A stretch of DNA of 64,000 nucleotides, from the NCBI GenBank assembly GCA_963704165.1, contig CAVPHD010000003.1, positions 512,001-576,000 on the forward strand, read 5' to 3'. Below the pieces are notes generated by a model. The model searched no databases and was not told where the DNA came from. It worked only from the letters and a program-made list of their open reading frames with translations. This stretch comes from an uncultured delta proteobacterium. Its GTDB lineage: Bacteria > Myxococcota_A > UBA9160 > SZUA-336. The position numbers and the translations under genes were made by a program. Shown here in pieces: positions 32,286 to 41,494 of the stretch (position 1 is the stretch's first letter; each line of letters opens with the position of its first letter).

Positions 32286-32395
32286 AGAAACAGAAGAGGG
32301 GGAGGCACCGGCGACGGATCCCCCCCAAAGTTCCGATCGCCCGCGCCTCCGCCCTCCCTGAAATGCCCGATGCGGGAAAGCGAGCCGCAATTACG
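32286..32395 (-). ncRNA. Candidate small RNA of about 110 nt with two hairpins and a U-rich tail
   Basis: Intergenic; stem TGCGG/CCGCA (32389-32371); long stem 32356-32296 with loop ACTTTGGGGGGGA; followed by TTCTGTTTCT; sigma-28-like promoter upstream. Confidence 0.5.
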
Positions 32396-32401
32396 TATCA
32401 C

Positions 32402-32428
32402 GGATCGGCAGATCGCCTCGGAACTTGA
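32402..32428 (-). promoter_or_regulatory. sigma-28 (FliA/WhiG)-type promoter
   Basis: TCAAGTTC-11 nt-GCCGATCC versus consensus TAAAGTTT-N11-GCCGATAA. Confidence 0.55.
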
Positions 32429-32464
32429 GTACCGATCACGACGCGCCCGCAACGCGGGGCGGGA

Positions 32465-32881
32465 TCAGAACGTCTTCGAGAGCCGGCCCAGCACGTCGCG
32501 AAGGCCCCGCTCGAGCAGCGCTCGGATCAGCCAGCCCGTGCCCGGGATGAGCGGACGGAAGCTGACCTTCCAGGTCACGCGGGTTCCCGCGCCATCGGGG
32601 TCGAAGCGGACCTCGCCCGAGTGATCGCGAATCGGCGCGCCGGCGACCAGGCGATAGGTCATTCGTCTCGGTGGATCGAAGCCCGTGACCTCTTCCTCGA
32701 TCGCCATGCCGGCCTGCCGGATCACGCGGATCGCACCCAGTCCGTTCGGCGCGGGATGACCCTGTTGGCGCAGGACGACTTCCTTCACCCCCGCCCAGTC
32801 CACCCAACCGGCGTGGTCGACGTAGCGCTCGAAGACCGCTTCCGGGGCGGCCGACACGAACTCGGTGATCTCGATCTGCAT
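32465..32881 (-). CDS. SRPBCC (polyketide cyclase/START) family protein
   Basis: AAPEAVF...GLGAIR...EEVTGFDPPRRMTY...GTRVTW. Confidence 0.85.
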   Translation of the reverse strand: MQIEITEFVSAAPEAVFERYVDHAGWVDWAGVKEVVLRQQGHPAPNGLGAIRVIRQAGMAIEEEVTGFDPPRRMTYRLVAGAPIRDHSGEVRFDPDGAGTRVTWKVSFRPLIPGTGWLIRALLERGLRDVLGRLSKTF

Positions 32882-32932
32882 GGACGGCCATCTTAGCGTG
32901 CGGTATCGAGACCGCGACGGAAGGGGGACACA

Positions 32933-33523
32933 CTGACCCGAGCACGCCGGATCGCCTTCGCCACCGTGCTGCTCCTCTCGCTCTCTCGATCGGCGCACGC
33001 CGGTCCGGATCTCGCGGGCGCAGCGGCGGCCCTCGTATCTACACCGTTTCGCGTCACGGGTGATCTCGTCGCCGTCGCGGGCCTCTCGGCCGCCTCGGTC
33101 GTCGGGCTGCTCGGCGACGGGATCTCGCTCCTCGACTCGAATCGCTTCACCGTGCCGCTCCTGCGCGGCATTCCGAGCGGCGGCGTGCGGCGCGGCGCGC
33201 TCGCGCTCTCGCAGGGCTCGACGGGTCTCTTGGAGGGACTTCGCGCCGAGGACATCGAGCGCCTGCCGGAGCCGAGCGCGGCGTACCTCGAGAACGCGCC
33301 GGGGGCGGGCCGACTCGACACGCTTCTGACCGGACTCGGATCGCTTCGGCTCGTGTTCGAGGACGCGCTCGGTGGACCCGCGGTCGTCGTCTTGCGCGCG
33401 TCGGGCGCGCGCGAAACAGCCAAATGCGTCGAGAGCTGGCAGCGCGACGATCGGATTCGCGTGCTCGGCCCCCTGGTGAACGAGGTCGGCACGGGCTCCG
33501 GATCGGCTACGCTGCCACGGTGA
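32933..33523 (+). CDS. Hypothetical exported protein (probable CTG start)
   Basis: SD-like AAGGGGG then CTG gives the signal peptide MTRARRIAFATVLLLSLSRSAHA. Confidence 0.55.
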   Translation: MTRARRIAFATVLLLSLSRSAHAGPDLAGAAAALVSTPFRVTGDLVAVAGLSAASVVGLLGDGISLLDSNRFTVPLLRGIPSGGVRRGALALSQGSTGLLEGLRAEDIERLPEPSAAYLENAPGAGRLDTLLTGLGSLRLVFEDALGGPAVVVLRASGARETAKCVESWQRDDRIRVLGPLVNEVGTGSGSATLPR

Positions 33524-34332
33524 AGACCGATTCGGGCAGCACGCAGGTCGAGATCATCGCCCTGCGCGGCGGCGCGCACGAGACGCGTCCAGCGGCGATC
33601 GTGGTGGAGGAACCGCTCGAGCTCCGACTCGATGGCGAAGCCCTCACCGTCACGATGCGCACACCGGGTCACGACGTCGAGCTCGCGGCTGGATTCCTCG
33701 TCACCGAGGGCATCGTCGCGGACTTCGGTGCGGTCGATGCGATCGCGCACTGCGCCGAGACCCGCAACGTCGTCGAGATCCGCACCGAGTCCGGCGCGGC
33801 CGGAGTGCGCCCCCCCGACGCCCGACACTTCTACGCGTCGTCGTCGTGCGGGATCTGCGGCAAGGCGACGCTCGAATCGGTGCGCAGGTTGGCGGCGCCG
33901 CTTCCAGCCGACGACTTGCGCGTGGGGCTCGACGTACTCGCGGCACTTCCCGCGCGTCTGCGCGAGGCGCAGCCACTCTTCGACCGGACGGGCGCATTGC
34001 ACGCGGCCGCGCTCTTCGACGCCGACGGCGCTCTCCTCTGCGCACGCGAAGACGTCGGCCGGCACAACGCGGTGGACAAGGTCGTGGGCTGGGCCGCGCT
34101 CGAGAACAGGCTTCCGCTCTCGAGGACGATTCTGCTCGCGAGCGGACGCCTCGGATTCGAGATCGCGCAGAAGGCACTCGTCGCGGGCATTCCGTTGCTC
34201 GCGGCGATCTCGGGCCCGTCGAGCCTCGCCGTCGATCTCGCGCGAGAGAACGGAATGACGCTCGTCGCGTTCCTGCGCGGCAATACGGCGAACGTCTACG
34301 CCGGTGCGCAGCGGATCGCGCTTCCGGAATGA
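33520..34332 (+). CDS. fdhD: Formate dehydrogenase accessory sulfurtransferase
   Basis: EEPLE, TMRTPG, SSCGICGK, FDRTGALHAA, REDVGRHNAVDK. Confidence 0.93.
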   Translation: MKTDSGSTQVEIIALRGGAHETRPAAIVVEEPLELRLDGEALTVTMRTPGHDVELAAGFLVTEGIVADFGAVDAIAHCAETRNVVEIRTESGAAGVRPPDARHFYASSSCGICGKATLESVRRLAAPLPADDLRVGLDVLAALPARLREAQPLFDRTGALHAAALFDADGALLCAREDVGRHNAVDKVVGWAALENRLPLSRTILLASGRLGFEIAQKALVAGIPLLAAISGPSSLAVDLARENGMTLVAFLRGNTANVYAGAQRIALPE

Positions 34333-34372
34333 CCCTCGGGTATCATGAGCGCCCGCAACGAGGAGTTCCCGC

Positions 34373-34981
34373 ATGAAGCTCTACGACAGCGCGATGGCAC
34401 CGAACCCGCGACGCGTGCGGATCTTCCTGGCCGAGAAGGGCATCACGGTTCCGACCGTGCAGGTGGACATCGGGAAGGCAGAGAACCGAAAGCCCGAGTT
34501 CCTGGCGAAGAATCCGCTCGGTGGCCTTCCCGTGCTCGAGCTCGACGACGGAACGTTCCTCTCGGAGTCGGTCGCGATCTGTCTGTACTTCGAAGGGGTC
34601 CAGCCGCAGCCACCGCTGTTCGGCACCGACGCTCGTGACAGGGCGTTCGTCGAGATGTGGCAGCGTCGCATGGAGCTCGGCTTGCTCTCGAGCACGACCG
34701 GCTGCTTCCGCAACTCGCATCCCTTCTTCAAGGGACGGATCCCGCAGGTGCCCGAGTACGGCGCGGTGTGCAAGGAAGCCGCCGGAAAGCAGCTCGCCTG
34801 GCTCGACGGAGAGCTCGCGAAGTCGCGCTACATCGCCGGTCCGCGATTCACGATCGCCGACATCACGGCGCTCACGGCCATCGACTTCGGCCGCATCTCC
34901 GACATCCGAATCCTGCCCGAGCACGAGAACCTGTCGCGATGGCACGACGAGGTCTCGGCGCGTCCGTCGGCGAAGGCCTAG
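34373..34981 (+). CDS. Glutathione S-transferase
   Basis: APNPRRVRIFLAEKG, NPLGGLPVLELDDG, SESVAI, FTIADI. Confidence 0.92.
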   Translation: MKLYDSAMAPNPRRVRIFLAEKGITVPTVQVDIGKAENRKPEFLAKNPLGGLPVLELDDGTFLSESVAICLYFEGVQPQPPLFGTDARDRAFVEMWQRRMELGLLSSTTGCFRNSHPFFKGRIPQVPEYGAVCKEAAGKQLAWLDGELAKSRYIAGPRFTIADITALTAIDFGRISDIRILPEHENLSRWHDEVSARPSAKA

Positions 34982-36084
34982 TCCAGCGCGAGTAGCTCGC
35001 GGACGGGGGCGCGGATCGCCTCGAACCAGGTCCGGTGTCCGAGCGGCGAGAAGTGTCCGTCGCGCGGTCCCCAGAGTGCCGGATCGGGGTTCGCGCGCAG
35101 GATCGGCAAGAGATCGACGACCCGGTCCGGCCCGGGAGCGGTCTCGAGGCGCGGGACGAGCTCGCGCGTGGTGAGATCCATGTCGACGTCGCCCGCGAGC
35201 GCGGGCATCGCGTGCAGGAGTCGCTCGGCCTTCGGATCGAGGATCTGGCTGCGTTCCGGAATCACGATCACGAGCAACCGTGCGCCGTGTCGGTGTGCCG
35301 CCTCGGCGACGAGTCCCACGCCGCGCGAGGTCTCCTGGAGGATTTCTTCCGTGAGCAGCGATCTGCGGAGCGCGCGCGACACGCCGTACAGACCGACGTC
35401 GCCGGGATCGCGCAGCCGGCGGATCGCGAAGCGCAGCGCGACGTACGCGTGCGAGCGCGACTCGAGCCAGGCATTGAACGGGTAGAACCAGTCGTAGAGC
35501 GCCTCGGCCGAGAGCCCCGCGGGCAGGATCCGGAATGGCCGACGCTGTACGTCCTGGGCCGGGGGAAGCGCCTCCGCGGCGTCGGTCAGGTCGTTGCCGA
35601 CGTAGAGCGCGAGGAGCACCAGATCGTATCGGGCGCCGGGTTCGGCGAGACGTCCGCGCGCGACCGCGAGGTACTGACTCAGCCGATATCCCGACACCCC
35701 GGTCACGCTCGTACACGCCCCGGTGTCGGATTCGATCCGCTGCCAGACCGTCTCCTCCCACGGAACCGCCAGCGCCTCGACGTACGAGTCGCCCACGACC
35801 AGGATCCGCCTCGCGCAGTCGGTGCGCGCATCTACGCCGCACGCGACCCGGTCGCCGACCGCGTCGGTGCAGATCTCCACGTCGCGGTCCCCGGTGTTCG
35901 CGACCATGCGCGCGTTCGCGGCGTGCTTCCAGCTGAGCGCCTCGTCCTTCAGCCAAAGATCGGGCACGTCCTGCGCCAGCACCTGCGGATCGAAGATGCG
36001 GACACCCGCCTCGAGGAGCGTCGCGGTGAGCGCGCCGAGCAGCGCGAGCAGCGCGGCGGCGAAGCCGAGCCGCCGCGCGCTCAC
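34978..36084 (-). CDS. Membrane-anchored SGNH/GDSL hydrolase-like protein
   Basis: N-terminal TM; VVGDSY, GVSGY, YVGND, DGHFSPLGH. Confidence 0.8.
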   Translation of the reverse strand: MSARRLGFAAALLALLGALTATLLEAGVRIFDPQVLAQDVPDLWLKDEALSWKHAANARMVANTGDRDVEICTDAVGDRVACGVDARTDCARRILVVGDSYVEALAVPWEETVWQRIESDTGACTSVTGVSGYRLSQYLAVARGRLAEPGARYDLVLLALYVGNDLTDAAEALPPAQDVQRRPFRILPAGLSAEALYDWFYPFNAWLESRSHAYVALRFAIRRLRDPGDVGLYGVSRALRRSLLTEEILQETSRGVGLVAEAAHRHGARLLVIVIPERSQILDPKAERLLHAMPALAGDVDMDLTTRELVPRLETAPGPDRVVDLLPILRANPDPALWGPRDGHFSPLGHRTWFEAIRAPVRELLALD

Positions 36085-36941
36085 TCGAACTTCCGCTCCC
36101 GCCACCAGGGATAGAACTCCGGCATGTCGGCGCTCGGCCGCTGCCGGAACTCGGGCTTGCGCTTGGCGAGGAACGAAGCGACGCCCTCGTGCGCGTCCGC
36201 GCTCTGCCCCAGCGCCAGGATCGCGCGCGAGTCGATCTTGTGCGCCTCCATCGGATGGTCTGCGCCGAGCATCTTCCAGACCAATTGGCGCGAGACCGCG
36301 ACCGAGATCGCGGAGGTGTTCTCGGCGATCTCACGTGCGAGCTCGCGCGCGGCCGGAAGCAGGTCGTCCGCTGCGTGCAGGCTCCGCACGAGTCCCGCGT
36401 CGAGCGCCTCGCTCGCCGGAAACACGCGCCCCGTGTAGACCCACTCGAGCGCGCGCGAGACCCCGACCGCGCGCGGCAGGAACCAACTCGAGGCCGCTTC
36501 CATGCAGATGCCACGGCGCGCGAAGACGAAGCCGAAGCGCGCGTCGTCCGAGGCGAGTCGGATGTCCATCGGCAGCGTCATCGTCACGCCCACACCGACG
36601 GCGGGACCGTTGATCGCGGCGATCAGCGGCTTCGTGCAGTCGTAGAGCCGGAGCGTCACGCGGCCGCCGCCGTCGCGGTGGCCCTCGATCCCGACGTCGG
36701 CCGATCGGTCGCGCGCATCGAACGTGCCGGAGCCGGCCGACAGGTCGGCGCCCGCGCAGAACGCGCGGCCCGCACCCGTGAAGATGATCGCCCGCACGTC
36801 GTCGTCGGCATCGGCGCGATCGATCGCGTCGAGAAGCTCGAACATCATCCGACCGGTGAAGGCGTTGAGCTTCGCCGGCCGGTTCAGTGTCACGGTGAGG
36901 ACGTGGTCCTCCACCGCGTAGAGGATCTCCTGGTAGTCCAT
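36081..36941 (-). CDS. Crotonase/enoyl-CoA hydratase family protein
   Basis: LNRPAKLNAF, FCAGADL, INGPAVGVG, EGVASFLAKR. Confidence 0.92.
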   Translation of the reverse strand: MDYQEILYAVEDHVLTVTLNRPAKLNAFTGRMMFELLDAIDRADADDDVRAIIFTGAGRAFCAGADLSAGSGTFDARDRSADVGIEGHRDGGGRVTLRLYDCTKPLIAAINGPAVGVGVTMTLPMDIRLASDDARFGFVFARRGICMEAASSWFLPRAVGVSRALEWVYTGRVFPASEALDAGLVRSLHAADDLLPAARELAREIAENTSAISVAVSRQLVWKMLGADHPMEAHKIDSRAILALGQSADAHEGVASFLAKRKPEFRQRPSADMPEFYPWWRERKFE

Positions 36942-36951
36942 CCGCAACCTC

Positions 36952-38029
36952 CTAGTCGAGCCCTGCGACGCGCGCGAAGAGCGCCTCGATCTCTTCCGCC
37001 CACCGCTCCACACCGAAGACCGTCGCGATCCGCTGGCGTGCGGCACAGCCCATCGCGGCCGCGCGGGAGGGATCTTCGAGCATCCCGCGAATCGCGCGCA
37101 CGAGCCCATCCACGTCGCCGGTCGGATAGACGAGGCCCGTCTCGCGTGGCACGACGACCTCGCGAACGCCGCCGACATCGGCCGCGATCACCGGGATCGA
37201 GAGCGCCCCCGCCCGCATCAGCGCGGAGGGAAGTCCCTCGTGCCGCGACGGCAGCGCGAGCGCGCAGAAGCTCACCAGGTAGCGCTCGGGCTCCGAGCTC
37301 GGGCCCGCAAAGAACACGCGGCGCTCGAGACCCTTGCGGTGAACGTCCGCGCGAAGTGCGTTCTCTTCGGGGCCATCTCCGACGATGCACAGGCACACGT
37401 CCTCGGGAAGCCGCACGAGCGCGCTGATCGCGTCACCGACGGCCTTCTCCGGCGAGAGCGACCCCACCACGCCGATCACTCGCGCATCGCGCGGAATGCC
37501 GTGCTTCGCCTCGAGATCGATCGGCTCGGTCACGCCGGGACGCGGTAGCTCGACCCCTTCGTAGACGACCTGGCCGATCGCGCGCCCCCAGAGCTCGGCG
37601 AGCTGATCGCGATCGGACCGCGATGTGAAGAGCACCTCGTCGGGCAGACGCTCGAGAAGCACGCGCGCGACTCGAGCGCTGCGGCGCAGCCGCGTCGGGC
37701 GCACCGTCGCGACGAGCGCGGTCCGTGCGAGTCGCATACCCGCGCGCCACCCCGGCGAGCAGCGTCATGCGCGGCGTGTGCGTGTTCACCAGATCGATCG
37801 CGTGCTCCCGGCAGGCGCGCCCGATCGCAGAAACGGCGCCGACCGGATTCGCGCGTCCGGGAATTCGAACCGTCGCGTGGCCTCGCGAAGCGATCTCGTC
37901 CGCGGCCGACCGGCCGGAGACGCCGATCACCGCACCGTGCCCGCGCGATCGCAAGGCGGTGGCCAGGCGCAGAACTTCTGCCTCGCCTCCCCCACCTCGC
38001 ACAGCTTCGATCAGGAACAGAACGTTCAG
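36952..38029 (-). CDS. Glycosyltransferase family 4 (probable CTG start), frameshift near 37742
   Basis: MNVLFLIEAVRGGGGE N-terminus; VGSLSPEK, PSRHEGLP, DVGGVREVV. Confidence 0.82.
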
Positions 38030-39252
38030 AACAGCAATCCCAGCCCCGTCGCGCGCCGCGTCGAGCCTTCACTCCGGAAGGCGTCGATCACGTGCTTCGC
38101 GATCTGCGTCATGTGAACCTCGTCCGCGCCGTCCACGAGCCGCGCGGAACGCGCGTTCTTCAGCATCTGCTCGAGTGGCGTGTCCGAAGAGTAGCCGAGT
38201 GCGCCGTGTACTTGAATCGCGGCATCGACGACCCTCCAGAGCGTGTTCGCGACGAAGAGCTTCGTCATCGAGACTTCCTGGCGGAACGGCAGCTTCGCCT
38301 CGATCAGATAGGCGGAGTGCAGGACCATGAGCTTGCACTGGTACAGCGCGAGCGCCGCCTCCGAGGTCTTCCACTGGATGCCCTGTTTCTCCGAGAGCTT
38401 CGCGCCGTGGAGCATGCGTTCTTCGCTGCGCGCGACCATCAGGTCGAGCGCCTTCTCGATCTGGCCGATCCAGCGCATGCAGTGCGCGAGCCGCGCGGGC
38501 CCGAGCCGGACCTGGCCGAGCGTGTGGCCCTGGCCCTGCGGACCGAGCATGTTCGCGTCCGGTACCTCGAGGTCGCGGATCAGGATCTCGCAATGGTTGT
38601 GGCCGCCGGCCAGCGTGTGGATGTCGCGAACGATCTCGAAGCCCGGGTTCGGCAGATCGACGATGAACGCGGAGTTCCGCGCCTGCGGCGGGTTCGCGTC
38701 GGGATCGGTGCACGCGATCAGGATCGCGAACTGCGCCCCGCGCGCGCCCGAGATGAACCACTTGTGGCCGTTGATGATCCAGCGATCGCCCTGGCGAACC
38801 GCGCGCGTCTGGATGCCGGTCGGATCGGAGCCCGCGACTTCGGGCTCGGTCATCGCGAAGCAGGATCGCACGTAGCCGTTGCACAGCGGCACCAGGTACT
38901 TCTCGCGCTGCACGGGCGTCGCGAAGTGCAGCAGCGTGTGCATGTTGCCTTCGTCGGGGGCCTGGCAGTTGATGATGAAGGCCGAGAGCGGAACGCGGCC
39001 GCACTCCGCGGAAACCGTCGCGATGCCGAGCGCACCGAGGCCCATTCCGCCGAGATCCTTCGGCATGTGGGGAAGCCAGAGCCCGAGCTCGTGCGCGCGC
39101 TTGCGCAGGCGGACGATGTGATCGCGCCAGAGCCGCAGGTCCTTCGAGTTCTCGAGCTCGTTGGCGGCCGGCTCGACTTCCTTGTCGATGAAGCCGCGGA
39201 TCTTGTCGCGCAGCTCCACGATCTCGGGAGGCAAGCTGAAGTCGATGGCCAA
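38026..39252 (-). CDS. Acyl-CoA dehydrogenase (ACAD10/11-like)
   Basis: NCQAPDEGNM, SCFAMTEPEVAGSDP, RLGPARLAHCMR, RLVDGADEVH. Confidence 0.92.
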   Translation of the reverse strand: MAIDFSLPPEIVELRDKIRGFIDKEVEPAANELENSKDLRLWRDHIVRLRKRAHELGLWLPHMPKDLGGMGLGALGIATVSAECGRVPLSAFIINCQAPDEGNMHTLLHFATPVQREKYLVPLCNGYVRSCFAMTEPEVAGSDPTGIQTRAVRQGDRWIINGHKWFISGARGAQFAILIACTDPDANPPQARNSAFIVDLPNPGFEIVRDIHTLAGGHNHCEILIRDLEVPDANMLGPQGQGHTLGQVRLGPARLAHCMRWIGQIEKALDLMVARSEERMLHGAKLSEKQGIQWKTSEAALALYQCKLMVLHSAYLIEAKLPFRQEVSMTKLFVANTLWRVVDAAIQVHGALGYSSDTPLEQMLKNARSARLVDGADEVHMTQIAKHVIDAFRSEGSTRRATGLGLLF

Positions 39253-39279
39253 GGAAGTCTCCTGGAGGCGCGTCGTATT

Positions 39280-39687
39280 CTAGCTGGCTCGAGTGTCGAA
39301 GCGCGCACGCGAGCGCCAGAGCCACCACGCGAGCGCGCCGAAGGCCAGAAACGGCGGGATGCCGAAGACGAGCTCGCGACCGTCGGCGCGCGGATCGAGC
39401 AGCGCCCAGACGAGCATCCCGATCGCGATCTGGGCGGTGTACAGCGCGGCCCAGGGGTGCATCCAGGCGCGCATCTTCCAGAACCCGTACGCGCCCGCGG
39501 CATAGATCGCCCAGTGCAGCGGCTCGGTCGCCTTGGCCGCCCAGCCCGTCAGCAGAAACCCGAACCAGACCTCCTGGTCGTCGGCCACCGGCTTCCAGAA
39601 GAAATCGAACGGCATGTAGACGAAGGTCATGTACAGGCAGAACGCGAAAAGCGCGTTCATCCACATGGGCCGCGCGCCCAGGCCCAC
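39280..39687 (-). CDS. Hypothetical four-TM membrane protein
   Basis: Hydrophobic Trp-rich ORF in operon context with SD GGAG. Confidence 0.7.
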   Translation of the reverse strand: MGLGARPMWMNALFAFCLYMTFVYMPFDFFWKPVADDQEVWFGFLLTGWAAKATEPLHWAIYAAGAYGFWKMRAWMHPWAALYTAQIAIGMLVWALLDPRADGRELVFGIPPFLAFGALAWWLWRSRARFDTRAS

Positions 39688-39688
39688 G

Positions 39689-40654
39689 CTATCGCTCCAG
39701 CCGCCGACGCAGAAATGCGTCGATCGCCAGATTCAGCGCGTCCGGCTCGTCGAAGTGCACCATGTGGCCCGCGCCCGGGATCTCGACGCACTCGATGTCG
39801 GGAAAGCACGCGAGCCGGCGCTGCAGCTCGTCCGGAGCGAGATAGGCCTCGATCTCGCCGCCGCGCTTGGAGCGGCCGAGATCGCGCCGCCAGAATTCCC
39901 CCGAGCGCGATCCGTTGGCCGCGAGCGTGGGCACGCGGATGCGCGACCACATCTGCTCCATCTGCCCGAAGTTGAAGCTGCCCCAGCTCGTGACCAGGTA
40001 GGGGTCCCACTTCCAGCGCAGGCCGCCCGCCGGGTGCGGGCGCACGCCCTGCTCGGCCAGGAAGCGCGCGCGGCCGGGCTCGAGCCGCGGATGGCTGCGC
40101 AGGATCCGAGCCGTGGCTTCGTCCGCATCCGCGAGTCGGCGTCCTTCGGGATCGATCGCGTCGAGTCGCTCGACCATCGTGCGCGACCAGAAGATGCCGG
40201 CCTCGCGACTCCCCTCGCCTTCCCAAGGGGGCGGGCCGAGGCCTTCGATCAGGACGAGCGCGCCGAGGACTTCGGGAAACAACCCCGCGTACTGCGCCGC
40301 GACCTCGCCGCCGAAGCTGTGTCCGATCAGGACCGGCCGCTCGAGCGAGAGACCGCGCAGGGCCGCACGCACGTCGAGAATGAAGTGCGCGAGCGCGTAG
40401 TAGCCGACGTGATCGCTGTCGCCGTGTCCGCGCAGATCGAGCGCCACGACGCGGAATCGATCGCGGAAGAACTGCGCGACCGAGTCGAGGCTCCAGGCCA
40501 GGTCGCGCATGCCGTGGACGAGGAGCATCGAGGGGGCGCCCGGGCCCGGATCCCCGTAGTCCAGCGCCGCGACCTCGATCCGGTGGCTCCGCAGGCGAAC
40601 GGCCTGGGGCGACGGCGCGGGCCGCTTGACTTTCGTCTTGTGTTCGCCTCTCAT
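39689..40654 (-). CDS. Alpha/beta hydrolase
   Basis: LVHG, DLRGHGDS, GHSFGG, GHMVH. Confidence 0.9.
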   Translation of the reverse strand: MRGEHKTKVKRPAPSPQAVRLRSHRIEVAALDYGDPGPGAPSMLLVHGMRDLAWSLDSVAQFFRDRFRVVALDLRGHGDSDHVGYYALAHFILDVRAALRGLSLERPVLIGHSFGGEVAAQYAGLFPEVLGALVLIEGLGPPPWEGEGSREAGIFWSRTMVERLDAIDPEGRRLADADEATARILRSHPRLEPGRARFLAEQGVRPHPAGGLRWKWDPYLVTSWGSFNFGQMEQMWSRIRVPTLAANGSRSGEFWRRDLGRSKRGGEIEAYLAPDELQRRLACFPDIECVEIPGAGHMVHFDEPDALNLAIDAFLRRRLER

Positions 40655-40698
40655 GAGGCTAGGAAGGAGAGGGACATGAGAGCCGGATACACCAGGTT

Positions 40699-41184
40699 TC
40701 AGAGCCGTTCGAGCGCGCGGGAGGCCGCGTCGGCAACCGAGTCGTGCGACGTCGCCATCTCGAGGTTCCGGAGCCGGCTTCGCAACAACGATTTCTGCTC
40801 GCCGGAGAGGGATTCCGCGATCCGGCCGATCTCATCGGTGATCTGGAGGACGTCGCGCGGCGACTCCAGGTCGAGCAATCGCACCAAGAGCCCTACGTCG
40901 GCCGGCATGCCGTAGCACTTCGCGTACTCGCGGAAGATGCGGACGAGGTTCTCGGCGCCATCGGCCTCGCGCAATCGCTCTTCCAGGCGAAGCCGGCCGC
41001 GGTCGGCCTTCTTGCCGAAGAGGCGCTCCTCGACCTTGCGCCGGTAGCGCGCCGCCGTGTGACGCGCGCGATTGTTTCTGCCATCTCGGCCATTGGGCAT
41101 CGGGCCACCGCCATTTCCATTGGCCTTGCGTTCGGGTCGCGTCGGACTGCCGTGCTCCGCCGGGGTCTTGTCCTGGTCGCTCAC
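40699..41184 (-). CDS. Hypothetical helical protein
   Basis: SD GAGGAG before GTG; disordered N-terminus then helical domain (YRRKVEERLFG...). Confidence 0.7.
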   Translation of the reverse strand: MSDQDKTPAEHGSPTRPERKANGNGGGPMPNGRDGRNNRARHTAARYRRKVEERLFGKKADRGRLRLEERLREADGAENLVRIFREYAKCYGMPADVGLLVRLLDLESPRDVLQITDEIGRIAESLSGEQKSLLRSRLRNLEMATSHDSVADAASRALERL

Positions 41185-41213
41185 GCCTGTGCGCTCCTCT
41201 TGGGCATCCTTGT

Positions 41214-41368
41214 CCCGAGCCGGGCTCGGGCGGGGGTGCCGGTCGGATCCGGTCGCGAGGCATCTCGGCCCGATTTCGGGCGCTCCAGAGTCGCTACCGG
41301 TTCGGAGGCCGCGACAACGATCCGGACTCCGACGAGCGGGGTCGGCTCTGAGCCGTTCACCCCACGCC
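41214..41368 (-). ncRNA. Candidate structured RNA or 5' leader
   Basis: Nested complementary segments: 41229-41238/41358-41368, 41242-41252/41322-41333, 41253-41257/41310-41314; hairpins at 41268-41281, 41343-41355 and 41214-41230. Confidence 0.35.
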
Positions 41369-41494
41369 GCGTAGCATGCCTCATCTCCGCGGCGCTGTCG
41401 CGGATTTCTTCGGCGGGTCCGCGCCGAACCTTTTGCGCACGAGTTGCGCACGACCTGCCTTGTGGCGGGTGCACGCGTGTGACAGGCTCGATTC

